DNA of 15,959 nucleotides, taken from assembly GCA_031285625.1 (NCBI GenBank), contig JAITVV010000030.1, positions 1 to 15,959 of the forward strand, read 5' to 3'. The notes beneath the pieces are model-generated. The model was not told where the DNA came from and searched no databases. It was given only the letters and a program-made list of their open reading frames with translations. This document shows, in pieces, positions 7,536-15,855 of the stretch (position 1 is its first letter; each line of letters starts with the position of its first letter). A program made the translations under genes and the position numbers. The stretch is from Prevotella sp. Lineage in GTDB: Bacteria > Bacteroidota > Bacteroidia > Bacteroidales > Dysgonomonadaceae.

Positions 7536-8567
7536 TTATGATAACGGCATTATATCAAACTTGATTTTCGCATAATGATTCTTATATATCTGTTCATTAA
7601 GGAAATCTCTTAACCAATACCAACTATCGGGAGGATTGAAGAATTTGCCGTTATCCTGTTTTTGACAGAGATATTCTATTGTACACCATTCACTATCTAC
7701 TACAAAAGTTTTGATATGCTTTAATGCTTCTTTTATTGGTTTAAAATCATTTGTATTCTCATTAACGAATGTTTCAGCAGTAAACAATTCGCTTATATCA
7801 TGGCTCGAGTGATAAGGCAGCTTGAAGAAAGAAATTGTATTCTTTGATACATATTTGGTAAGGTAGCAATTCAGAGCCTTTCTGTTATTGTTTACATGGC
7901 GCACATCGACACCGTTGTATTTTTTAATATCAAAGTTCACATTTATTTTTCCTTTATTCTTTTTACTTCTTATCTGGGTATTGATAGCCCTTGCCATAAA
8001 ATAATTAACCTTTCTAATCTGCATAAATGTATTAGTCAGCATATGAAAATGTATTGTCCCATTCTTTTGTCGTTCAGCTACCCACAAATAAGACTTTAAA
8101 CCGCACTTTTTTCTAAATCGTGTCTTTACCGTATTAAAACATTGATAGGCAAATTCATCTGGAAAACCCATCGGAAAGGAGATAGAATAAAAGGCTAAGA
8201 ATTTCTTAGATTGTTTCAGCCCGAAGAAAGCGGAACATTTTTCCCGCACTTTCTTTTTGTTGAGTTTATATTCTGTCTTCTTTGGTCGTTTCTCTTTTTC
8301 GGGTTCGATGTGGTGTGCCTGTCCCGGGTGTAGTTCTCTCCCTAATGCTTCAATTAAAGAATCCGTATCCAGATATTGAGATATTTCCTCTTTGAAATCG
8401 GGATAGGTTTCTTCTTTGTCTTCGGATATTGGTATATTTGGTTTTAGCTTTACTTTCTTGTAGATTGTGTTTGTGCCTTGATTATACCGATACTTTGAAG
8501 ACCCTAAGAATTTATCATGCCGTCTTTTGGTGTGGATAAGGTTGTTTTCTTTTAGTATGATTCCCAT
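7536..8567 (-). CDS. HUH-superfamily rolling-circle replication initiator
   Basis: Motif 1-like 'FYSISF', motif 2 'WVAERQKNGTIHFHML' (HUH) and motif 3 'YLTKYVSK' (two Tyr). ATG at 8567 (MGIILK) preferred to the track's 8657 start. Confidence 0.85.
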   Translation of the reverse strand: MGIILKENNLIHTKRRHDKFLGSSKYRYNQGTNTIYKKVKLKPNIPISEDKEETYPDFKEEISQYLDTDSLIEALGRELHPGQAHHIEPEKEKRPKKTEYKLNKKKVREKCSAFFGLKQSKKFLAFYSISFPMGFPDEFAYQCFNTVKTRFRKKCGLKSYLWVAERQKNGTIHFHMLTNTFMQIRKVNYFMARAINTQIRSKKNKGKINVNFDIKKYNGVDVRHVNNNRKALNCYLTKYVSKNTISFFKLPYHSSHDISELFTAETFVNENTNDFKPIKEALKHIKTFVVDSEWCTIEYLCQKQDNGKFFNPPDSWYWLRDFLNEQIYKNHYAKIKFDIMPLS

Positions 8568-8671
8568 AGTAAAATAGTTGTTTTGTTTGTGGAAGTAGGT
8601 TATAAGAAAAAAGTTTGAAATATTATAGCTTAAATAAATCCATAAGGCGAAGCCCAACGGATGAAAATAGT

Positions 8672-8890
8672 TTAATGTTTATGTTTGCTTTTATGTAATT
8701 CGATAGTATTGGATTTGATGATAGATTGAATGTAACTATCAATGGCTTTTTCTAAGAACCACCTTTTATTACAATGTACAATAGTTTCCCCCATGCCGTT
8801 AAATGCACCCTCATGGATGATTTTGTAAAGGGTAGTCCTTTTCACTCCTAAAGCTTCGCAAGTCTGATGTAAGTTTAAATAGCCTTTCAT
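8672..8890 (-). CDS. Excisionase/AlpA-like HTH DNA-binding protein
   Basis: 'YLNLHQTCEALGVKRTTLYKII...KRWFLEKAIDSYI' HTH_17/MerR-like pattern. Probable start is the ATG at 8890. Confidence 0.8.
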   Translation of the reverse strand: MKGYLNLHQTCEALGVKRTTLYKIIHEGAFNGMGETIVHCNKRWFLEKAIDSYIQSIIKSNTIELHKSKHKH

Positions 8891-9069
8891 GTTTTTGTGT
8901 TTAAATATTACTATAGTAATAGATAAATATTTTTGAACTTCATTAAACATGAATGGACACTTTTAAGTCAAGAGGATATAAAAATTAAACCAATAAGTCT
9001 CAAGTGCATATAATCACATAATTATCATAAAGATGTGAATTGATTTAACATTTATGTTCTTTTTTTACA

Positions 9070-9077
9070 TACCTTTG
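9070..9077 (+). promoter_or_regulatory. -7 promoter box TACCTTTG for the cargo operon
   Basis: Matches TAnnTTTG 23 nt upstream of the ATG at 9101. Confidence 0.55.
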
Positions 9078-9100
9078 AATAAGTAAAAAACTAGTCATAA

Positions 9101-10135
9101 ATGAAGAATAACGAGATAAAAATAAAAGATAGCTTCATTCAAGAAATTAAACAGCTTATTTCAGAAACACGCCAGCGAATTGCATCATCAGTAAATACTG
9201 AAATATCAATATTATACTGGAATGTAGGGAAACGTATTAAAAATGAAGTATTAGGAAATCAACGTGCTGAATATGGCAAATCAATAATAAATAATCTATC
9301 AGAAACGCTTACTGCCGAATATGGTTCGGGATGGGGAGAGAAACAATTACAACATTGTCTACACGCTGTGGAGACTTTTCCTGATTCTGAAATTTTCTAC
9401 ACACTGTGTAGAGAATTGAGTTGGTCTCATATTCGAACCATTATGTATCAGGATGATCCATTGAAGAGGAATTTTTATATTGAAATGAGTAAACTTGAAA
9501 AATGGAGTGTCCGAACTTTACAAGAACGGATAAAGTCAATGTTATATGAAAGAACTGCTATAAGCAAGAAGCCAGAGCAGACCATTAAAGATGAACTAAC
9601 AACACTCAAAGAAGAACAAAAATTAACTCCCGATTTAGTTTTTAGAGACCCTTATTTTTTAGATTTTCTTGGCTTACAAGATACTTATTCTGAAAAAGAT
9701 TTGGAAACAGCTATTATTGTAGAACTGCAACGTTTCATTATAGAAATGGGAAGTGATTTTGCATTTATGGCACGTCAGAAAAGAATTACTATTGATGATC
9801 GAGATTATTACATTGATTTACTTTTCTATCATCGTCGTTTAAAATGCTTAGTTGCTATTGATTTAAAAATAGGAGAATTTGAAGCAGCTTATAAAGGGCA
9901 AATGGAATTATATCTCCGCTATTTAGAGAAAAATGAACAATTAGAAAACGAGAATACTCCAATTGGGCTTATTCTGTGTACAGGAAAGAATCAAGAACAT
10001 ATTGAGTTAATGCAATTAGATAAAAGTAATATCCGTGTGGCTGATTATTTGACTGCTTTACCATCTCAAAAGTTATTACAAGATAAATTACATAGGGCTA
10101 TCGAGATAGCGAGAGAGAGAATAGGAGAAAAATAA
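9101..10135 (+). CDS. YhcG/DUF1016-family PD-(D/E)xK nuclease
   Basis: 'LYWNVGKRI', 'LSWSH', 'WSVRTL', 'RDPYFLDFLGL', 'YSEKDLE', 'YIDLLFYHRRLKCLVAIDLK', 'GQMELYL' and 'PIGLILC'. Confidence 0.92.
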   Translation: MKNNEIKIKDSFIQEIKQLISETRQRIASSVNTEISILYWNVGKRIKNEVLGNQRAEYGKSIINNLSETLTAEYGSGWGEKQLQHCLHAVETFPDSEIFYTLCRELSWSHIRTIMYQDDPLKRNFYIEMSKLEKWSVRTLQERIKSMLYERTAISKKPEQTIKDELTTLKEEQKLTPDLVFRDPYFLDFLGLQDTYSEKDLETAIIVELQRFIIEMGSDFAFMARQKRITIDDRDYYIDLLFYHRRLKCLVAIDLKIGEFEAAYKGQMELYLRYLEKNEQLENENTPIGLILCTGKNQEHIELMQLDKSNIRVADYLTALPSQKLLQDKLHRAIEIARERIGEK

Positions 10136-10161
10136 CTTCACATCATAAAAATTTGTGTATT

Positions 10162-13100
10162 ATGAATATTTTAGATCATCTAAAAAAAAGAATAACAATA
10201 GAGAATAGTGATACAATAGAAAGTAAACTTTATAATTTAGCTAATGATATAACAAAAGATGCAGGAGATCATTTAAAAAGAGTAATTCAAGTTTTACCCG
10301 AATTTGATATGCATGATGCCTCGCATAGCATGAAAGTTGTTGAAAATATAGAACATATCATACAAAATAACGTAGAAAGTTTGTCTCATTATGAATTATT
10401 TTTAATTCAATGTTCTGCTTTTCTTCACGATTGTGCAATGGCTCCTTCTGAGATGGAAATTAAAACTTTAAGGTTAACCGAAGGGTCTGATAATATACAA
10501 TTAAAAGATTCAATAAATAATGATTTGAAACCTCCATTTTCCTATTCAGAAGCTTTGTCTTGTATTTCTACAAAGACAAAACTTATATATAATAATGACT
10601 ATGAAGAAATTAAGAAATCGTTATTCCCTTATCCCTCAGAGGATAAACTTAAAGAAGATTTAGCTATATTATTAAGAGAGTATCAAGAATTTAGAAATGG
10701 ATATGCGGAAGAATTAAAGGGTATCAAAGATGTAGAAGAATATGAGAAACTTAATAATACTATTAGAACAGATTATATTAGAGTGAAGCATCACATAAGA
10801 ATAGAATCGCTAATTAAAAATATGATAATCCGCTTTGAATCCGCATTAGGTCAAGCTTGGGGAAAGAAATTAGCAACAGATCTTGCAGTAGTATGTCGTG
10901 CTCATGGAGAGAATATTGACTACCTACAAGAATTAGATTCAGATGCTCATTATAAGGGGATAGAATCAGCAAATCTACAATTTGTTGCAATGATGCTTAG
11001 ATTAGGAGACATTATTCATTTTAATGATGATCGAGCACCAGTAGTATTACGATCAACAAGAACTTTCATCTCAGAATATAGTTTTTTACAATGGGCAATG
11101 AAAGATAATGGTGTAAATTATACTATCAAAGAAGGAGAGATATCGTTTAAAGCATATTGTGATAAACCCTTATATTTTTTCAAATTACATGAATATATTG
11201 ACTGGATTGACATTGAAATTCAAAATTATTTAAGATTATCCAATAAATGGGAAAAGCAATATATAGTAGATTTAAAAGAAGTCGTAAACCGTAAAGATAT
11301 TAAAAATGATAATGAAATATTTGAGCCTAAAATGGGATTGCGATTTTCTTTGAATCAAAGGAGAATTATTGAATTATTAATGGGAGTTGGATTATATAAA
11401 AATAAATATGCATGTATTAGAGAGTTGTATCAAAATTCTTTAGATGCATGTAGATGTATGCTATCTAAACTTAATAAGGAGGGACGTTCAGGGAAAGGCA
11501 AAATAATCTTTGATATAGAAAAGCATGGAGATAATATATATTTAACTTGCTGTGATAATGGAATTGGAATGTCTAGATATGTAATTGAGAATTTCTTTTT
11601 AAAAGTTGGAACTTCTTACTATAAGTCTCCTCAGTTTTATCGAAAACAGGCAGAATGGGGAGGTTCTTTTACTCCGACATCTCAATTCGGAATAGGCGTT
11701 CTATCCTCTTTTATGATTGGCACAAAGTTGGAGATTACAACAAAAATGGATGGGGAAGATTATATTTCATGTGCTATTGAAGGTCCTCATGAATATTTCT
11801 ATTATAAAAAAGTGAATGAATTAGATAAAGAAAAAATTAACAACTCTGGTACTCTTGTTAAAATACTATTGAATTCTGAAATTAAAGAAGAATTAACAAA
11901 TTTACCTTTGGAAAAATTAGGACTTTGTTTATTAACAAAATACTTAGATATTGATGAATTAATTGATAGAGATGATAGTCAATTGGAAATACATTCCATA
12001 TTAGAGCAATATAAAGAATCTTTTCGAATTTATAAAAATCATTTATACTCAAAGATTGAAGAAATGATTAAAATTATTCCTGAGAATATAAATGTTGAAA
12101 TATTACAAAGTGACGGTTCAAAGAAACAACTATTTTCAAAGTCAATTATAATTGATTATAATGATCAAGATCGATTAAATTTTAATAGAGAGGATATTCC
12201 AGTTATAAACTATTTGAATAGGCATAATTTTATAGATAAGAATTTGAGTTATAGTGATATTCTTAATACTACAGAAACTTATGATATTTTTATAACGGGT
12301 GAAAAAGGAGTAACATTCAGAACATTACTAACTTTACCTAAAACCTCTTTTCTCATATCAGACTTTTATTTATTGAATGCATTATCTATTATTGACGATT
12401 CAGGAATATGTATTGATGGTATAATAGCATATATTGAAAAAGAGAGAGAATATGATTTAGAGTATGATTACTATGGACGAAGTTTAAGTTCTGTAGGTCT
12501 CTTAGACTTTACGGGCTCTGTTCGTCCTAAACTATCTGTTGACCGAACATCTATAGTTGATTATCCTGATAATATTTTTGAAATCACAAAACAAATTACT
12601 GAAAATCTAATTGTAAAACTTTTAGAAACAGCTATTAACCATATTGAAAAAAATAATTTAGAAATAAGTTCTTCTCAATATAATATTATCTGGAGTTATA
12701 TTTTCCATAAATTTAGTTTTGCTATACTAACCTTTATAGCCGAGCTATCTAAAGAAAATTTTAAAAATATATATTGGAATGAATTAGATAATGTTTTGAC
12801 AAAAAAAGATATTCCTATACAGCAATTAATTCTTTCAGATCATGTTTGCTTAAATAATCCTGATATAGGAAATATGCCTGAGTTTATTAAATCTTTATTA
12901 TTAATCAAAATAGCTTATGCTAAAAAAATTGAGGTTAAAGATGATGTTATAGAAATTGATTCATTCCCTTATCAATCAAATAATTTTAGAAGTATAACTA
13001 ATGTGGATTTTTATAATCCAATTGTGAAAGTAAATAATTGGAATGTTTCATATCCTCAATATGATTTAATTTCTAATCGATCAACTTTTATTCCTGAAAG

Positions 13101-13602
13101 ATTATTTAATCTCATTCAGGATGAATTGGATGTTGCTATACAATCAGATTATATCAAACGCAGCTATACCTTAAGTGATTTAGCTGAACAAGACCCTACT
13201 TTTGTCCGACATTGTGATAATCTTTACGTTGAAAAAGGTTTGTATCATAAAGGGGACAGAATGGGAGTATTGGGATACAAAAGAGGAAGGATTAGATTTG
13301 ATTTACTTCATGATTTTCAAAATAAATCTGCATATATTTTATATATTTTTATTTCTCCAAAGAATCTATCTGAAGACGAGATGGAGATATTAAAAAAATT
13401 CCAAAATGAGAAAGAATTTATCAAAGGAGTGAATGAAGGGTGGAGTATTTTAGTAACTGGTATGGATATAGATAATCTTATTATAGAACCAGGAATAGTA
13501 AATAGAGAAATTTTAGTATCTCAATTATCAGATTCTTTTTGGGAGAATTATTCAGATTGGAGTTTTAAATTTACCGATAACACCTTGCTTTCTAGAAAAT
13601 AG
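10162..13602 (+). CDS. HD-domain (HD-CE-like) + Hsp90-like GHKL ATPase fusion with long unknown C-terminus
   Basis: HD motifs 'MHDASHSMKV', 'AFLHDCAM', 'VKHH', 'CRAHG' and 'RLGDIIH'. GHKL motifs 'LYKNKYACIRELYQNSLDA', 'DNGIGMS', 'SQFGIGVLSSF' and 'SGTLV'. ATG at 10162 preferred to TTG at 10153. Confidence 0.85.
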   Translation: MNILDHLKKRITIENSDTIESKLYNLANDITKDAGDHLKRVIQVLPEFDMHDASHSMKVVENIEHIIQNNVESLSHYELFLIQCSAFLHDCAMAPSEMEIKTLRLTEGSDNIQLKDSINNDLKPPFSYSEALSCISTKTKLIYNNDYEEIKKSLFPYPSEDKLKEDLAILLREYQEFRNGYAEELKGIKDVEEYEKLNNTIRTDYIRVKHHIRIESLIKNMIIRFESALGQAWGKKLATDLAVVCRAHGENIDYLQELDSDAHYKGIESANLQFVAMMLRLGDIIHFNDDRAPVVLRSTRTFISEYSFLQWAMKDNGVNYTIKEGEISFKAYCDKPLYFFKLHEYIDWIDIEIQNYLRLSNKWEKQYIVDLKEVVNRKDIKNDNEIFEPKMGLRFSLNQRRIIELLMGVGLYKNKYACIRELYQNSLDACRCMLSKLNKEGRSGKGKIIFDIEKHGDNIYLTCCDNGIGMSRYVIENFFLKVGTSYYKSPQFYRKQAEWGGSFTPTSQFGIGVLSSFMIGTKLEITTKMDGEDYISCAIEGPHEYFYYKKVNELDKEKINNSGTLVKILLNSEIKEELTNLPLEKLGLCLLTKYLDIDELIDRDDSQLEIHSILEQYKESFRIYKNHLYSKIEEMIKIIPENINVEILQSDGSKKQLFSKSIIIDYNDQDRLNFNREDIPVINYLNRHNFIDKNLSYSDILNTTETYDIFITGEKGVTFRTLLTLPKTSFLISDFYLLNALSIIDDSGICIDGIIAYIEKEREYDLEYDYYGRSLSSVGLLDFTGSVRPKLSVDRTSIVDYPDNIFEITKQITENLIVKLLETAINHIEKNNLEISSSQYNIIWSYIFHKFSFAILTFIAELSKENFKNIYWNELDNVLTKKDIPIQQLILSDHVCLNNPDIGNMPEFIKSLLLIKIAYAKKIEVKDDVIEIDSFPYQSNNFRSITNVDFYNPIVKVNNWNVSYPQYDLISNRSTFIPERLFNLIQDELDVAIQSDYIKRSYTLSDLAEQDPTFVRHCDNLYVEKGLYHKGDRMGVLGYKRGRIRFDLLHDFQNKSAYILYIFISPKNLSEDEMEILKKFQNEKEFIKGVNEGWSILVTGMDIDNLIIEPGIVNREILVSQLSDSFWENYSDWSFKFTDNTLLSRK

Positions 13603-13687
13603 ATGTATCTTTGAAAAACCTATTAAAGAATAGGATAATTAATTAAAATATTGTTGAACAGAATTTTTATATCATTATAGAAATTTT

Positions 13688-13724
13688 ATTCTACTATAAT
13701 TCTACTGAAATAATTAAGTAACTG
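13688..13724 (-). repeat. Arm-type and accessory sites at the right end of element 2
   Basis: ATTCTACT at 13688-13695 and 13699-13706 contains the reverse complement of the left-end GTAGAAT. TTAAGTAACTG 13714-13724 is the reverse complement of CAGTTACTTAA 4776-4786. Confidence 0.65.
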
Positions 13725-13747
13725 ATAACCATAGCTATTTTGTATCT

Positions 13748-13760
13748 CTGGTATCCCGAC
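13748..13760 (+). repeat. attR core of element 2 (CTGGTATCCCGAC)
   Basis: Identical to 4739-4751. Confidence 0.88.
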
Positions 13761-13766
13761 GAAATG

Positions 13767-13796
13767 AGCTGATAATCGAATGATTATCAGCTTTTT
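13767..13796 (+). terminator. Perfect 11-bp hairpin after attR (displaced tRNA terminator or host-factor site)
   Basis: AGCTGATAATC-GAAT-GATTATCAGCT followed by TTTT. Confidence 0.55.
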
Positions 13797-13882
13797 AATT
13801 TTTAGATGCGCACAAATTAGCGCACCTTTACTTCATATATTGATTTTAGAAAATAATATATATGTTTTAGAAAATATCTTAT

Positions 13883-14143
13883 CTAAATGTCAATTCTCAG
13901 ATAGTAGTCTTTCTTTTCATGTTGGAATGTGTAGTTATATTGGTTTGAGAATAACCCTGCATTTTTCAGAAGTAATATTCCACACGAAAGACTGCGTTTC
14001 TCAAAGTTCATTCTTATAGCATGATAAAAGATTTGATTACCGACCACATTCATTTTTATTCGTACATCGACATTGATAACTCCACCCTCCTCGGGATAAT
14101 GGTTAGCGGTTGTATCAAATGTTATTTCTTCACTTGGTTTCAT
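13883..14143 (-). CDS. Hypothetical 86-aa protein
   Basis: ATG ORF 32 nt downstream of, and co-oriented with, the 189-aa gene. No recognisable motif. Confidence 0.55.
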   Translation of the reverse strand: MKPSEEITFDTTANHYPEEGGVINVDVRIKMNVVGNQIFYHAIRMNFEKRSLSCGILLLKNAGLFSNQYNYTFQHEKKDYYLRIDI

Positions 14144-14175
14144 AATTAAATTTCTTGATATGAGTTTTTCGGTAC

Positions 14176-14745
14176 TTAATCGTTAAAATTCTTTTTTATC
14201 TCATTCATATAAAAGTTAGCTTTATCTTCATCTTCTGAAAGCATATCCAAAATTATCTGGTTAAACATTTGTGAAGATGTTGTAATATCCTTTTCTAAGA
14301 CTTCCTGTTGTGCATCAAAATCTGGATTTGTTGGAATTTCGATATTTAGTATCCACCATTTCTCAATTTTAACTCTAAGTTTCAAGAGTTGTATAAACTT
14401 TTCTGGTAATTCTTCGGGTAATCCATCAAAAAGTAATTCCATTAATTCATGTGATAGTTTATTTCGATATTCTCTTAACTCATAAAAGGTCTCTATGTCT
14501 TTATCATTAATAGTTCCAAAATCCCTTAACCAGAGAAAAGTTGCTCTTAATATGCTTTTATCTTTAGAAAGAACATCTGTTTTATAGCTTTCTGAAAAAG
14601 TGTATTTGCCATCAGAAAATCCTGTATTAAAAAAGAATTTAACTTCTTCTATAACGTAGTCTTTGAATGACTCAAATGTGGCTATATACAGAGAAGAAGA
14701 AATCAGCTTATCTTTAAGATTTTCTGGATTTAAAATTTCAACCAT
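14176..14745 (-). CDS. Hypothetical protein with HEPN-like RxxxxH motif
   Basis: Helical-looking 189-aa ORF with an upstream 'FESF' Glu and 'ELREYRNKLSHE' (RNxxxH). Confidence 0.6.
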   Translation of the reverse strand: MVEILNPENLKDKLISSSLYIATFESFKDYVIEEVKFFFNTGFSDGKYTFSESYKTDVLSKDKSILRATFLWLRDFGTINDKDIETFYELREYRNKLSHELMELLFDGLPEELPEKFIQLLKLRVKIEKWWILNIEIPTNPDFDAQQEVLEKDITTSSQMFNQIILDMLSEDEDKANFYMNEIKKNFND

Positions 14746-14826
14746 TTTTCTGTATTATCACTCTTCTTATTCATTATTATTTTACGTTTGGAAAGATTAG
14801 ATTACACTAAGTAAGTTACTAACTCA

Positions 14827-14834
14827 CAAATATA
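14827..14834 (-). promoter_or_regulatory. -7 promoter box TATATTTG upstream of the HEPN-like gene
   Basis: The reverse complement of CAAATATA matches TAnnTTTG, about 80 nt upstream of the ATG at 14745. Confidence 0.5.
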
Positions 14835-14843
14835 TGAATTTAG

Positions 14844-15506
14844 TTAAAAAGATTTACTATATCTCCCATATAGCCGTTTTACGGCTGTGATGTCAAATAT
14901 ACAATTTCGGCGTGTCCTAAATCCATTTAATTGCTTCACTATATCAGCCCATTTTGAGCCGTTGTTACGCATCGAGAGAATTAGTGTTCCTGCTTTCTTG
15001 TTCCTATCGTCTGAATAGGCATTTTCTTTTCGTATTTGGCATCCTTTAGCAATGTTATGAGTAGTTAGTCCATTATTCTTTGGATTGCCTAATTTTATGC
15101 CTTGCTTCTTCTCTGCTAATGCCTGTTTAGTTCTTTGGCTGATTAACTGCGCTTCGTTCTCTGCTATTGCTGATATGATATGTATTGTTAAGCGGTTTGC
15201 AGTTGGCATATCGCAACAAATAAAATCAATATTGGCAGCTTGTAACGAGGTAACGAAATGTAAGTTTCTTGCGAGCCTATCGAGTTTAGCAACTATAAGG
15301 GTTGCATTATGCTCTTTACAACATTGCAACGCCTCATTCAATTTCGGGCGGTTTGCGCTCTTCCCTGTTTCCACTTCTGTATATTCTGCAATAATGTTAT
15401 TGCAGTCTTTCAGATAGTTCTTTACAATGGTTTTTTGTGCATCCAGACCTAAACCAGATATAGCTTGTTTCTTTGTTGAAACTCTGTAATAAATAACGTA
15501 TTTCAT
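14844..15506 (-). CDS. Serine recombinase (resolvase/invertase family)
   Basis: 'YYRVSTKKQ' (catalytic Ser), 'LDAQ', 'ETGK...RPKL', 'KLDRLARN' and 'ISQRTKQAL...LGNP'. Confidence 0.93.
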   Translation of the reverse strand: MKYVIYYRVSTKKQAISGLGLDAQKTIVKNYLKDCNNIIAEYTEVETGKSANRPKLNEALQCCKEHNATLIVAKLDRLARNLHFVTSLQAANIDFICCDMPTANRLTIHIISAIAENEAQLISQRTKQALAEKKQGIKLGNPKNNGLTTHNIAKGCQIRKENAYSDDRNKKAGTLILSMRNNGSKWADIVKQLNGFRTRRNCIFDITAVKRLYGRYSKSF

Positions 15507-15532
15507 AATCTTTTATTTGGTTAAATGAGAAG

Positions 15533-15566
15533 TGGCATCTTATAATCGAACGTTATAATAATGCCA
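15533..15566. promoter_or_regulatory. Imperfect palindrome upstream of the resolvase, candidate res/operator site
   Basis: TGGCAT-C-TTATAA-TCGAACG-TTATAA-TA-ATGCCA, 26 nt upstream of the resolvase ATG. Confidence 0.5.
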
Positions 15567-15577
15567 GCTTTGGAAAT

Positions 15578-15605
15578 AAAAAGCAGACGATATTTTGCCT
15601 GCTTT
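15578..15605 (-). terminator. Intrinsic terminator for the upstream minus-strand gene fragment
   Basis: AAAGCAG 15580-15586/CTGCTTT 15599-15605. On the minus strand it is followed by TTTTTATTT. Confidence 0.55.
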
Positions 15606-15634
15606 CTGATTTTATTTTTCAATTTCGTTATGTT

Positions 15635-15855
15635 TTATTTCTTTACACGACTATAAGTAACAGAAAGGTATTCTAAAGTATCATCGTTAATAAATTTGAT
15701 TTTATATGATTCCATTTTTCCGATACTATTATTCATATAGTCACAATAAAAACTCTTTTCCGTTTTGTTATACCAAACATACCCATTATAGGTGTTGTTA
15801 TTATCTCCTCGATATGGTGTGCGAATTGTGTGAAGAGTATAGCTGGAAAATCCAG
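15635..15855 (-). pseudogene. 3' part of a gene lacking its 5' end (beta-rich, lipocalin-like C-terminus)
   Basis: Open frame GFSSYTLHTIRTPYRGDNNNTYNGYVWYNKTEKSFYCDYMNNSIGKMESYKIKFINDDTLEYLSVTYSRVKK*. It has no start at its 5' end, and the frame closes shortly inside the putative IS end. Confidence 0.5.

Larger units (their letters stand above)
4739..13760. mobile_element. Complete ~9.0-kb integrative element 2 with rolling-circle Rep
   Basis: Perfect 13-bp direct repeat CTGGTATCCCGAC at 4739-4751 and 13748-13760. Integrase at the left end, matching arm-like motifs at both ends, and xis-like, repressor and Rep genes inside. Confidence 0.88.

Noticed and set aside
5171-8099. Track ORFs 5171-5353, 6294-6476 and 7896-8099
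   Set aside because: Antisense to the well-supported integrase, XRE and Rep genes.
7536-8567. Rep as a conjugative relaxase or IS200/IS91 transposase
   Set aside because: The HUH motif precedes the YxxxY motif (Rep order, not relaxase order), and the element has att sites and a tyrosine integrase.
10162-13602. Housekeeping HtpG chaperone or histidine kinase
   Set aside because: Only the GHKL ATPase module resembles Hsp90. It is internal, fused to an HD domain and located in a mobile element.
13202-15417. Track ORFs 13202-13393, 13780-14019 and 15085-15417
   Set aside because: Nested in or antisense to better-supported genes, or starting within the attR-flanking hairpin.
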